Of a stretch of DNA of 64,000 nucleotides, positions 50,698-61,137 are shown piece by piece (position 1 is the stretch's first letter; every line of letters begins with the position of its first letter). Source of the DNA: Promethearchaeota archaeon (lineage in GTDB: Archaea; Asgardarchaeota; Lokiarchaeia; Sigyniarchaeales; SOKP01). A model generated the notes under the pieces. That model did not search any database. It worked only from the letters and a program-made list of their open reading frames with translations, and was not told where the DNA came from. The stretch covers positions 1-64,000 of the forward strand of contig JAUVXW010000021.1 in assembly GCA_030603385.1 (NCBI GenBank). Reading direction: 5' to 3'. Position numbers and translations under genes: made by a program.

Positions 50698-52275
50698 ATG
50701 GTGGATTTAGGAAAAAAAATAGGAAGTTTTGTTCGTGGTACCTCTTTAGTTAAATTAATATTAAGACAGAAATCAGATCAAGAATTTGAGTTAGGGCAGC
50801 TTTTTATTGCTGGTAAGAATAGAAAAGAGTATAGCATTTATCAAATCAAGGATCTATTTTATGGTAGTCAAATTCCGGATAATGTTCTTGAATTAATGGC
50901 GGGTTATGGACTAGAGAGAGATAGGTCTGATTTGAAAGTATATGAGCCAGAATTAAGAAATTATGTTTTAGCTCTAGCAAGACCATTAGTATTTGTTAAG
51001 GAAAATAAATTATTATTGCCGAAGCGACTGCCTAGCTTCTTCTCAGATACTTTTGACATTGATGATGGTCATTTGGAATTTTTTAAGGAAGAAAAAATCG
51101 AGAATCCATTAAATTTTGGAAAAATCCGCTCTGGTTCTAAAGTTCTAAATACGGAGGTGAAACTTGAAGCAACAAAAGTTTTAAGGCACCATATTCTAAT
51201 TCCCGCAACTACGGGTAGAGGTAAATCGAATTTAGTTAAAACGATTCTTTTTAACTTAATGGAAAATGAAAATTGCGGTAAATTAGTATTTGACCCTCAT
51301 AATGAATATTATGGAACTGGAAGTCAGAAGGGATTAAAAGATCATCCTGAAAGTTCAAAGTATGTCGATTTTTATACGATAAGATCAATTCCTGGGCATC
51401 TAGATTTGAAGTTCAATGTGAAATTAATAGAACCAATACATGCAATGGGGAGTCTTAATTTTACTCAACCTCAAATAGAGGCTTTAATTGGTTTTTATCG
51501 ATTACATAGGGAGACGTGGATTCAAGCAATTTTTAGTGATGATACTGGTATCTATGGAAGACCTGGAGGCCTAGCACAGGGTACTTTGGATGTTCTTAGA
51601 AGAAGATTATCAATTTTATTAAATCTTGGATTTGATGAAGATAATAACATTGTAGAAAGGGGTATTTATACTTTAAGTGGATATGAATCAACTATCAGTA
51701 ATATAGTGAACTCTTTAATTGAAGGTAAAACCGTAATTGTTGATACCTCTTTATTCGAAGGGGCTCGAGAGATATTTATAGCAACTATTATTGTAGAGAA
51801 CTTATTTAATGAGTATAAAAGATTTAAATTCAAAGATGAATTGGAAGATAAACCCGTTATAACTATTATATTAGAAGAAGCACCTAGAGTAATAGGGAAA
51901 AAAGTATTAGAAACGAGAGATAACGTTTTCGGTAAAATTGCAAGAGAAGGTAGAAAGTTTAATATTGGATTAATTGGAATTACCCAGCTACCAAGTTTAA
52001 TCGATAGAGAAATCTTAGCAAATATGAATACTAAAATAATTCTCGGAAATGAAATGGGTCCGGAAAGAAGAACTTTAATAGAAAGTTCTGCTCAAGATCT
52101 ATCGGATGATAGTCAAACAATTGCAAGTTTAGATATTGGTGAAGCTATTGTTACGTCAAATTTTACTAAATTCGCAGTACCAATTAAGATACCCTTGTTT
52201 GAAGATTTACTAAGTGGTAAAATAGTTGAGGCTAAATCTGATAATAAAATTAAGAAATCATACCCAGGACTTTAA
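50698..52275 (+). CDS. herA: HerA/FtsK-family ATPase
   Basis: [32 protein letters not shown] and ITQLPS motifs. Confidence 0.9.
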   Translation: MVDLGKKIGSFVRGTSLVKLILRQKSDQEFELGQLFIAGKNRKEYSIYQIKDLFYGSQIPDNVLELMAGYGLERDRSDLKVYEPELRNYVLALARPLVFVKENKLLLPKRLPSFFSDTFDIDDGHLEFFKEEKIENPLNFGKIRSGSKVLNTEVKLEATKVLRHHILIPATTGRGKSNLVKTILFNLMENENCGKLVFDPHNEYYGTGSQKGLKDHPESSKYVDFYTIRSIPGHLDLKFNVKLIEPIHAMGSLNFTQPQIEALIGFYRLHRETWIQAIFSDDTGIYGRPGGLAQGTLDVLRRRLSILLNLGFDEDNNIVERGIYTLSGYESTISNIVNSLIEGKTVIVDTSLFEGAREIFIATIIVENLFNEYKRFKFKDELEDKPVITIILEEAPRVIGKKVLETRDNVFGKIAREGRKFNIGLIGITQLPSLIDREILANMNTKIILGNEMGPERRTLIESSAQDLSDDSQTIASLDIGEAIVTSNFTKFAVPIKIPLFEDLLSGKIVEAKSDNKIKKSYPGL

Positions 52276-52302
52276 TTTAAACATTAATAAGATAGAAATA
52301 AA

Positions 52303-53601
52303 ATGAATGTTAAATTTGCTCATATCTCCGATGTTCACTTAGGTGCTTGGCGAAATGAACGATTAAATGAGTTAGGCTATAAAGCATTTGAAAAAACTGT
52401 GACTACTATCATTGAAGAAGGCGTAGATTTTGTGATTATCGGTGGTGATTTATATGATGTTAGCAATCCAAAGGTTGAAGTGATTGATTTAGCAACAAAA
52501 GAGTTAAAGAAGCTGAAAGATAATGAAATTCCTGTGTATGGAATTCAAGGTTCTCATGACTTTTCTCCTTCAAATAAATCGATGATTCGACCTCTTATTA
52601 CAGCAGGATTGTTTATTGATGTGTCGAAAAGAGATCCAACGGAAGAAGATAAGTTAAGGTTAAAATTTTTTCAAGATGACAAAACAAAAATTAAATTAAC
52701 AGGTTTAAGAGCTAGGAAACGTAGTCTTGAAATAGAAGATTATCATAATTTAGATAGAGAATCTCTTGAAGCTGAAAAAGGTCCGAAAATTTTTATTCTG
52801 CATACAATGCTAAATGAATTGAAACCTAAAGAATTTAAAGATATGGAATCTGCTCCGAAATCTTTATTACCTCAAAATTTTGACTATTACGCTGGAGGTC
52901 ATCTCCATAAAACACTTCCAGATAAATTGAAGGAGGGAGGAATTTCTCTACAAATCAGTGAGAAAAATAACATTATTTATCCTGGTTGTGTTTTCCCTAC
53001 AGATTTTAGAGAGCTTGAAAGAATTAAGCATGGTGGTTTCTGTTTCGTATCGGGTGAAATTAAAGGTGAAAAACTAGATCTAAAAGTTAAATTCAACCCA
53101 ATCAAAGTAATCGATATAGAAAATATATCTCTGGATTGTACCAATAAATCAGTGTCTGCAGTTCTAAGTAAACTGAAAGATGAATTATCTAATAGAAATT
53201 GTCAAGATAAAATCGTAACTATCAGATTATTTGGACCATTATCTTCGGGTAAGACATATGATATAAAATCTAACGAAATCATTCAAAATTTTAAAGATAA
53301 AGGTGCTTATGAAGTTTTAATTAATAAAAATGCTCTTACAACAGTAGAATACCAAGCGATAAGTGTTTCTGCAGGGAAAACTAATGAAGAAATTGAAGCA
53401 ACTTTAATAAAAGAACATGCGAATAAAGTTAAAATAAAAGACTTTCCAAATATTAAGATAGAAAAAAAAATATATCAGCTCTTAAGCACGCTTGGAACAG
53501 AAAGACAAATTGGTACAAAAGTAATGAGTTATAATGAGTCTCTAAAACAAACATTTCTAAGTATATTTGAAATCCAGAAAACTAAGGAGCATAAACAATG
53601 A
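52303..53601 (+). CDS. mre11: Mre11 nuclease
   Basis: AHISDVHLG, GDLYD, GSHD, YYAGGHLH and YPG motifs. Confidence 0.92.
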   Translation: MNVKFAHISDVHLGAWRNERLNELGYKAFEKTVTTIIEEGVDFVIIGGDLYDVSNPKVEVIDLATKELKKLKDNEIPVYGIQGSHDFSPSNKSMIRPLITAGLFIDVSKRDPTEEDKLRLKFFQDDKTKIKLTGLRARKRSLEIEDYHNLDRESLEAEKGPKIFILHTMLNELKPKEFKDMESAPKSLLPQNFDYYAGGHLHKTLPDKLKEGGISLQISEKNNIIYPGCVFPTDFRELERIKHGGFCFVSGEIKGEKLDLKVKFNPIKVIDIENISLDCTNKSVSAVLSKLKDELSNRNCQDKIVTIRLFGPLSSGKTYDIKSNEIIQNFKDKGAYEVLINKNALTTVEYQAISVSAGKTNEEIEATLIKEHANKVKIKDFPNIKIEKKIYQLLSTLGTERQIGTKVMSYNESLKQTFLSIFEIQKTKEHKQ

Positions 53602-55685
53602 TATTAGAGTCAATTGAAATAACAAATATTCGAAGTATTAGAAAACAAGATATTGAATTTCCTTCATCTACAATGCTATTTTTTGGAGATGTAGGAAGTG
53701 GAAAGTCATCAGTTTTAAAATCCATAGAATTTGCATTATTTGGGACATTGGTTCATGGGGATTTAAGTGGTGATTCTCTCTTAAGGAGAGGGAGAAACAC
53801 AGCTTCAGTAAATTTAACATTTTCTATTGATGGTAAGAAGTATTCAATTAAACGGAGTTTATCAAAAGATAGAAAAGGAAGAGTTTCTCAAAAAGAATGT
53901 GTATTTACCGACCATGATAATGGAACAAGAACAACTTATGCTCCTACAGATATGCGAAGGAAAATATTATCTTTACTTTCATATTCGGTATCTCGTTATG
54001 AAAAGGCGACAAAAATACCATTATTCAGATATACTGTATATACACCTCAAGAACAGATAAAAGAAATCATTCAAGCAGATCCAGATGTTCGTTTTGAGAT
54101 ATTAAAAGAAGTCTTTGGTATTGAAAAATATGAGATTACCCTAAGGAATATAGAAATTATTAAAGATTACTTAAATGATAAATTAAGAGAATATAAGATT
54201 AAAATTGAGCAAATTGGTGAACCTGAAGAAGATATACTTCAAAAGGAAAAAGTAATAGAAGAAACAAAACAGCAAATCAATAATATTGGAACCGAAATTA
54301 AAAAGAAAGAGAATAAAATAAGTTCTCAAGAAAAAATTATTGAAGAAATCCAAAAAGATTTAGATATTTATTCTAAGAAAATAGTGCAAATTGAAAATAA
54401 AGAATCTAATATCAATGAATACAAAGCTAAACAACGTAAAAATAAATCATCACTGAATAAAATTCAAAAAGAAATCGCTGGAAAAGAAGAAGAACTAAAA
54501 AATTTAAAAGAAATTAAAGTTAAGACAGAACTCAGCGAAGATCAATTAGAAAATCAATTGGAAAAAATACAAAAATTAAAATCGCAAAAAGAAAAAGAAA
54601 TAGCCGTCGTAAAAAAAATTTTAGCAGATGTTGATAAGTTATTAAAGGAAGGCAAGTGTTCTTTATGTGGACAAGCAATTCATGAGAAAGACAGATTTGA
54701 AAAAGAATTTCAAGACACGACTTTAAAAGTAGGAAGTTTTTCAAATGAAATTGATGATTTAACTCAAAAAAATAATGAACAAAAAAAATTACTTAAAATT
54801 ATACGCGAATTTCAAAAAGTTAAAAATAAAAGGGATTCATTAAGCAGTCTAATCTCAGAAAAGAGGAAGAGAGAAGCAGACTTAAACACTCTAATAAAAG
54901 AATTGTTTGAGAAGATAAATCGTAATCAAGAAGAGATAATGGCGATATTATCAGAATACAAAATTACTAACTTGCTTAAATTTAAGAATTTTGGAGAAGA
55001 AATAGAAGTTAAACTAAATGCTGAAAAAAAATCACTAAACAAACTGAATTCCAGTAAAGAATCATCTGGAAATGAACTTAGCGCTCAAAAAAAGAGTCTT
55101 GAATATCTACAGAAAGAACTAGTGGAACTAAATTCTAATATCCAGTTAAAAAATTCACTACAAGATAATTTAACGTACTACTCTCAATTAAAAAATTGGG
55201 TTGGTGAGCAATTTCCTATATTAATCAGAGATATTGAAAAAAAGATTCTCTCTTCAAGTGCTCATCATTTTAATTCTTATTTTAAAGAATGGTTTCATGA
55301 ATTAGTAGAAGATGAAAATATAGAAGTTGAGATAAGAACTGACGACTTTCAACCAATTGTATATGTTAACGGTTATGTATCCCCCTTTAAGGATTTATCT
55401 GGAGGAGAAAAAAGCGCACTTTCCTTAGCTTACAGATTAGCTTTAAATAAAATTATTAATGAGCGATATCAAGAAGTTAAAACAAAGGATCTGTTGATCT
55501 TAGACGAGCCAACAGATGGATTCAGTCAGCAACAAATTAATAGAATGCAACCAATTTTTGAGAAATTAAATACATCTCAAATGATAATAATATCTCATGA
55601 AAGGAATCTTGATTCTTTTGTAACTGATATATTTAACTTTAAAAAGGAAAACCACATAACCAGAGTTACAAAAGAAAGTATATAA
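53598..55685 (+). CDS. rad50: Rad50 SMC-like ATPase
   Basis: GDVGSGKSS, coiled coil, CSLC zinc hook, LSGGE, LILDEPTDG and ISH motifs. Confidence 0.93.
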   Translation: MILESIEITNIRSIRKQDIEFPSSTMLFFGDVGSGKSSVLKSIEFALFGTLVHGDLSGDSLLRRGRNTASVNLTFSIDGKKYSIKRSLSKDRKGRVSQKECVFTDHDNGTRTTYAPTDMRRKILSLLSYSVSRYEKATKIPLFRYTVYTPQEQIKEIIQADPDVRFEILKEVFGIEKYEITLRNIEIIKDYLNDKLREYKIKIEQIGEPEEDILQKEKVIEETKQQINNIGTEIKKKENKISSQEKIIEEIQKDLDIYSKKIVQIENKESNINEYKAKQRKNKSSLNKIQKEIAGKEEELKNLKEIKVKTELSEDQLENQLEKIQKLKSQKEKEIAVVKKILADVDKLLKEGKCSLCGQAIHEKDRFEKEFQDTTLKVGSFSNEIDDLTQKNNEQKKLLKIIREFQKVKNKRDSLSSLISEKRKREADLNTLIKELFEKINRNQEEIMAILSEYKITNLLKFKNFGEEIEVKLNAEKKSLNKLNSSKESSGNELSAQKKSLEYLQKELVELNSNIQLKNSLQDNLTYYSQLKNWVGEQFPILIRDIEKKILSSSAHHFNSYFKEWFHELVEDENIEVEIRTDDFQPIVYVNGYVSPFKDLSGGEKSALSLAYRLALNKIINERYQEVKTKDLLILDEPTDGFSQQQINRMQPIFEKLNTSQMIIISHERNLDSFVTDIFNFKKENHITRVTKESI

Positions 55686-55800
55686 TATTCATAAGAATTT
55701 TTCTCGTCAAAAAATAACTCCTTATCCTCTAATTACTTTTTCTTTTAAATATAAAGAGAAATAAGATTCTGTAATAATTAAAAAATTGATATGAGAAAAA

Positions 55801-56001
55801 ATGAGTATAGAATCAAATAAAAAAAATGAAAGTAAGAAAAGGAATAAATCTTTAGATCTAAATTTTAAATATTTTAAAATTTATATTCAGTGCCCTTATT
55901 GTGGTGATGTAATAAAAATTAATTCAGAAAGAAAATATCTTTGTAGATCATGTGATCATATCTTTACAGAAAATGAGATAAGAGAAAAATGTGGCTTATA
56001 A
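55801..56001 (+). CDS. Small zinc-ribbon protein
   Basis: CPYCG...CRSC. Confidence 0.6.
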   Translation: MSIESNKKNESKKRNKSLDLNFKYFKIYIQCPYCGDVIKINSERKYLCRSCDHIFTENEIREKCGL

Positions 56002-56019
56002 TTCATTAAATCAAATTAT

Positions 56020-56580
56020 TCAATATATTTCTTTAAACGCAGGGAGAAGACCACGTCTATAGATTTCAAAAAAAATCATTGCTTCATGGTGCGCATCATC
56101 CAGAGCACGATGTTGCTCAATATAATAGGAATTCGGAAAGAAATAGTTCCAAGCTTCTTGGCAATTTGGCCATTTAAATTCTTTGGTACTTCTTGGAAAT
56201 GGTATTTTGAGAATATTTGTAGCAGTTAACATGATACATGGAAGTTCATTAGGCACGGTTATTCCTCGAGCTTTTAAAAACCCTAAATCAAATGACTTGT
56301 TAAAAGCTGTTATGTTATATTTAGTTAAAATATCTTGTACATCCGTCATTATATCGTCAAATAAAGGAGCATTTTGTACGACTTCAAATGTAAGATCTGA
56401 ATTTTCAAAAATCCAAGAGTTTCTATATTCTTCTCCAAACAAAGGTTCCTTTACAACAGAGTCAAATAGAACTCTTGTTTTTCCTGTTAATAAATTCAAT
56501 TCAACAATTCCAATTTCCACGATTAAGTCATATATAGGATCCAAGCCTGTAGTCTCTAAATCTATGATAGCTATATCCAA
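56020..56580 (-). CDS. DEDDh 3'-5' exonuclease (DnaQ-like)
   Basis: IDLETTG, AFNKSFD and HRALDDA motifs. Confidence 0.9.
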   Translation of the reverse strand: MDIAIIDLETTGLDPIYDLIVEIGIVELNLLTGKTRVLFDSVVKEPLFGEEYRNSWIFENSDLTFEVVQNAPLFDDIMTDVQDILTKYNITAFNKSFDLGFLKARGITVPNELPCIMLTATNILKIPFPRSTKEFKWPNCQEAWNYFFPNSYYIEQHRALDDAHHEAMIFFEIYRRGLLPAFKEIY

Positions 56581-56817
56581 ATCTATTCACTCATTATTCC
56601 GAATTTATAATATTAAGCTATAATAACTGGTGGTAAATAAAATAATATATTAATCTCAAAATAGAAATTTATTTATCTTCTTTTAAATAATTTTAAATTT
56701 CTTATTTATACTTTAACAGTCTGCTATTGAAGTAATAAAAAGATTAAAAGCATTAATTTTAAATGAAATAGTAATTTTAGATTTGATTTAAAGGACTTAG
56801 TCTTTATTTCAATTGTT

Positions 56818-59037
56818 TTATTTTCGTGATTTACCTTTTTTCAATAATTCATCTGCTGTTTGAAAAAGAGATTTTTGTTGTTTATCAGACACCTTTTTAG
56901 TTTGATCCTTTTTTGATCTGATTTGGACGGAAGATTTTTGATAACCTTTAGGATTCAATTCTGAAATAAAAGGGGAAAGTCGCATAGTTTGATATCCTCT
57001 AGATCCTTGAACTAAAGAGGGAGATATCAAATAGAGTTGATCTTTAGTTCTCGTTACAGCTACATAGAACACGCGACGCTCTTCCTCGATACCTTCAGGA
57101 TCTCCCTTTACTCTAGAAGAAGGAAAAGAATCTTCACATAACATTGGAATGAATACTACTCTCCATTCAAGACCCTTTGCTCGGTGAATAGTAGATAAAA
57201 TCAAAGGTTTTTCTTCTTCCATTGTGCTTCCAGCTAAAACTGTTTTAGATTCTAAATTGGATAAGTTCAAACTCAGATTTTCTAAAAGTTTGCGAATAGT
57301 TGAAAAATTGTTTGCATATATGCTTAATTGATTTAAATCGTCTATTCGATCTTGCCAATTATCATATTTTGATTTAACATGATCCTCTAATATTAACATT
57401 AATTCTTTAATTGTATCGGAAGGTGTGTCTTCTGGAGTAAATCCCACCAACTTCTTTACGTGGGATATAGTATTTTTTATTCCTTCCTTAGATATTCTAG
57501 ATCCTTTTAATTTTTCAGTATAGAACATTTTATTAATTAATAGTTCTATTGGATTTTCAACCTTGGAAATTTGTTCAAAAATTTTTATTCCTGATGAGGT
57601 TCCTATTCCTTGAATGATAGAAAAAATACGAGACCATGAAATTTCATCATATGGATTTTCAATTATTCGTAAATGTGCGATCATATCTTTAATATGAGCT
57701 TTTTCGAAAAACGCTACTCCTGCTCGCACCTCATATGGAATATTTTTAGCTCTCAGTTCAAGTTCAATTCTTAATGAGTGGAAACCAGCACGGACAAGAA
57801 TCGCCATATCCTTTAAATCATACCCATCTGAGCGTAATTTTAATATCTGATTTGCAATAAAGTATGCTTGTTCTTTATCATCTCCCAAGTTAACTTGAAA
57901 CGGAAGTATTCCTTCAGGACGAGTTGTTCTCATAGATTTTTTAAACTGCTTTACATTGTGTTGAATGGAGTTATTTGCTAAAGCTAAAATCTGTGGAACA
58001 CTTCTATAATTATAGGTTATAGTATAGCTCTTACATTCCTGGTATTTTTTTTCAAAATTCAAAATATTTTGGAAATTAGCTCCGCGAAAAGCATATATAC
58101 TTTGAGCATCATCTCCAACTGCTATTACATTATGATCTGGGTTTTGTTTTACTATTTTATATATAATTTCATCTTGGATATAATTTGTATCTTGATATTC
58201 ATCAACAAGCACATATTTAATCTTCCTCGCAATTAGCTGAGCAACAGATCTCTCATCTAATAATTGATTCCAATATATTAAGAGATCATCGAAATCAATC
58301 AGATTATCCTGAGCTTTTTTATTCCTATAGATTTTAAAGACTTCTTCTAATTTTCTAATGACATCTTCACTATCGAATTGAGAATATTTCCAAAGGATTA
58401 CATCTTGAATTGATTTATTACAATTAATAGAAAAAGACAAAACAGCCTTTGCCATTCTAGAATTAGGAAAACGTTCTTCTATTTCTTTTACATTAGCTTT
58501 CTCAATGGAAAGTTTCATTAATGCTCTTGCATCGGTTTCATCCATTATTGTATAATTTGGTTTCAAACCCAGCGTTTTTGCATACATTCGTATAAAACGA
58601 TTTGCAATTGAATGAAATGTTCCACCCCAGATCCCTTTCGGTCGCTTACCTAAAAGAGTTTCTACGCGTTCAATCATTTCATTGGCTGCTTTATTAGTAA
58701 ATGTTACAAGCATTATTTCGCTTGGTCTTACTCCTGATAATAATAATTTGGCAACTGAATAAGTTATTGTTCTTGTTTTACCACTTCCCGCACCAGCAAT
58801 TACAAGCATTGGCCCTTTAATGTTATTGATGATTTCAAGTTGTTCATCGTTTAAATCCTCCTCAAAATTTATATCATTGTATTCTTCTATAACTTCTGGT
58901 TTCTCTATTTCCAAGGAATCAGCATAATCCTCATCGTAGAACTCGAATACAAACTCCTCTTCAACAGGATCTTTTTTTGAATTCAAATTTTTTGCCATAT
59001 TTAATTTCAATCTCAGTGAATTTATATAATGGTTCAT
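56818..59037 (-). CDS. UvrD/PcrA superfamily 1 helicase
   Basis: AGAGSGKT, VDEYQD, VGDDAQSIYAFRGA, NYRS, STIHRAKGLEW and EERRVFYVAVTR motifs. Confidence 0.95.
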   Translation of the reverse strand: MNHYINSLRLKLNMAKNLNSKKDPVEEEFVFEFYDEDYADSLEIEKPEVIEEYNDINFEEDLNDEQLEIINNIKGPMLVIAGAGSGKTRTITYSVAKLLLSGVRPSEIMLVTFTNKAANEMIERVETLLGKRPKGIWGGTFHSIANRFIRMYAKTLGLKPNYTIMDETDARALMKLSIEKANVKEIEERFPNSRMAKAVLSFSINCNKSIQDVILWKYSQFDSEDVIRKLEEVFKIYRNKKAQDNLIDFDDLLIYWNQLLDERSVAQLIARKIKYVLVDEYQDTNYIQDEIIYKIVKQNPDHNVIAVGDDAQSIYAFRGANFQNILNFEKKYQECKSYTITYNYRSVPQILALANNSIQHNVKQFKKSMRTTRPEGILPFQVNLGDDKEQAYFIANQILKLRSDGYDLKDMAILVRAGFHSLRIELELRAKNIPYEVRAGVAFFEKAHIKDMIAHLRIIENPYDEISWSRIFSIIQGIGTSSGIKIFEQISKVENPIELLINKMFYTEKLKGSRISKEGIKNTISHVKKLVGFTPEDTPSDTIKELMLILEDHVKSKYDNWQDRIDDLNQLSIYANNFSTIRKLLENLSLNLSNLESKTVLAGSTMEEEKPLILSTIHRAKGLEWRVVFIPMLCEDSFPSSRVKGDPEGIEEERRVFYVAVTRTKDQLYLISPSLVQGSRGYQTMRLSPFISELNPKGYQKSSVQIRSKKDQTKKVSDKQQKSLFQTADELLKKGKSRK

Positions 59038-59171
59038 ATAATAAGGGTTTTATATTAAATCTCCCTACAAATTTTTCCATTGAAATTGGAGAATTTTCTA
59101 TGCTAATATATTAAAAAAACTTCAGAAAATCCACTATTTTATAAAATAATAATACAAATAATGATAGAAAC

Positions 59172-59465
59172 TTAGATAAGGCCAACCAGTATTTTAAAGG
59201 CGGCAGTCTCATCACCCTCATCAACTGAACTGAGTGTAAATGCTATATCATGCTTATCTCGAATTTTTGGTGCTTCTTGAGCAGAAATAAATTTCATTCT
59301 TGTAGAAGTATTCTTTCCCTGCCATACCCATACCTTTTCACTATGAACATCAACAAGAAGTAGAATTTTGTCAGAATCCAATAATTCAAACAAAGGGACA
59401 TTCTCTTTTATTTCTATTCCTTCAAATTCTCCTAATTCTTCATTGAATTTATAAATAAATATCAA
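59172..59465 (-). CDS. Single-domain gelsolin-like protein
   Basis: LLDSDKILLLVD....VWVWQGKNTS....F...VDEGDET..F matches the gelsolin repeat pattern. Confidence 0.75.
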   Translation of the reverse strand: MIFIYKFNEELGEFEGIEIKENVPLFELLDSDKILLLVDVHSEKVWVWQGKNTSTRMKFISAQEAPKIRDKHDIAFTLSSVDEGDETAAFKILVGLI

Positions 59466-59708
59466 TATTCTTACGTTTGAATTTCTTATGCTTTATTATA
59501 ATATTTTTGATTGGTGATTTATAAATTTTTAACATTTTAATTATAATCAACCATAAAATCCCAATAAGTCTTTAGGAATCAAGATTAAATCCTTTCTTTT
59601 TATTCACTTAAGGAATGTAAAATTAAGTCAAATTTGATGAAATTAGTTGTTGAATTAAACGAATTCTTAGGTTATGATATGTTAACTTAAGAACTGTTAG
59701 AAATATTT

Positions 59709-60077
59709 TTAAAAATTGTTTTGAAATTGCCTTCTTCTTAAGGTCGAAATTAAATGCCCCCTAGAAAGCAGTTGGAGTCCAAATTGAGTGCTGTAATCCC
59801 TAGAAAAATCTGTTATAATATTGCATACCATAATACCACCTTGGATGTTAGTATCAATACAAGCTTTATGTAATTGCCGAAGCTGTGTAATTGAAATCTC
59901 TCTCTTCCAATCTCTAATAAATACTCCAAAACTGTTCAGTTTGCTTTTTACAACAGCATCAAAGGTCCAAAGTTTTCCAGATTTACCTTTAACTTGTATT
60001 GGACCATTAACAAATTCATATTTGTCTGAAAAAACATTCTTGGCTAAATCATTTAAGCTTTTTTCTGAATATGCCAT
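59709..60077 (-). CDS. PD-(D/E)xK restriction-endonuclease-fold (Mrr-like) small protein
   Basis: VKGKSGKLWTFDAVV, GGIMVCN and LQLLS; the catalytic E-x-K appears degenerate. Confidence 0.55.
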   Translation of the reverse strand: MAYSEKSLNDLAKNVFSDKYEFVNGPIQVKGKSGKLWTFDAVVKSKLNSFGVFIRDWKREISITQLRQLHKACIDTNIQGGIMVCNIITDFSRDYSTQFGLQLLSRGHLISTLRRRQFQNNF

Positions 60078-60148
60078 CTATACTCACTATACAAAATCTG
60101 ATTATAGTATGTAAATATTATTTCAATAAAATTACTTAAAAACAAGTA

Positions 60149-60967
60149 TTATGCAGAAAATATATCGTCAAAATTTAATTCATTAAATAAATATTCCCCT
60201 TCTATATCTGCACCCATTTTGTTTACATAATTATACAAGTTTTGTTGTAAAAAATCAATGATGGCATTAGAGACTTTATCACAAATTGACTTACATTCCA
60301 TGAAATTTTGCGTAACGGTTTCACATGCTTTATTATATCTTTGACAAAACTTTTTTAACTGCAAAGAGATTCCCTCTGATGGTAAGATTGTAAAACAATC
60401 CCAACTATCTTTAAAACCAGAAATCTGACTCGGGGGTGTATTTTTCAACAGAGATTTTAGGCTACCATTTGATAGACTTTTAATAACACGTTTCATAATG
60501 CTTCTTATTTCACTTTTAGCTTCAAGTTGGCAAAGAAAGACATAATATTTTAAGAGACGTTCTGCTTCTTTGGCTTTTTCAGTATCGATAATTTTCCATC
60601 CATTTGCTTTTTTACAACTTATTTCCTTATTTTCCGGATTAGAAAAATTTGTAGGGTAAATCCAACACTGTGGAGGTTTGATTCCTGAACTATGGACAAG
60701 ACATCCATTTATTTTCTTATCATATAAAAAACATTTTCTTTTCTCATTATCAAACCTTAACTTAAAACTAAAAACATCACTTCTAACAAAATCATTTTTG
60801 ATAGCATAACCTCGTTTAATATACTCTTCAGCTAATATTTTAGGGACATCAATCTTAATTGAACAACAATCACCATTGCACACAGATACGCAATTTGGAC
60901 CTTCTATTGCTGATCTCATTAAAAAGTTAAACTTTTTAACAACTTCCCAAAATTTGTCGTCAACCAC
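60149..60967 (-). CDS. YkgJ-like cysteine-cluster (Zn/Fe-chelating) protein
   Basis: CVSVCNGDCC...CFLY....GCLVH...KPPQCWIYP. Confidence 0.7.
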   Translation of the reverse strand: MVDDKFWEVVKKFNFLMRSAIEGPNCVSVCNGDCCSIKIDVPKILAEEYIKRGYAIKNDFVRSDVFSFKLRFDNEKRKCFLYDKKINGCLVHSSGIKPPQCWIYPTNFSNPENKEISCKKANGWKIIDTEKAKEAERLLKYYVFLCQLEAKSEIRSIMKRVIKSLSNGSLKSLLKNTPPSQISGFKDSWDCFTILPSEGISLQLKKFCQRYNKACETVTQNFMECKSICDKVSNAIIDFLQQNLYNYVNKMGADIEGEYLFNELNFDDIFSA

Positions 60968-61137
60968 AGTATTTTTTATTAATTTAATTATTATTTTTAA
61001 TCATAAAGATTGTCATTTAAAAATTATTTTATCTTTCCTTAAGAAAAGATATAAAAATCTATAATTTATTTTTTTATTGTTAAAAATTTTGTATGCAAAA
61101 TTTTTTCTAAATAATACAAATACGAGAAGAATATAGA

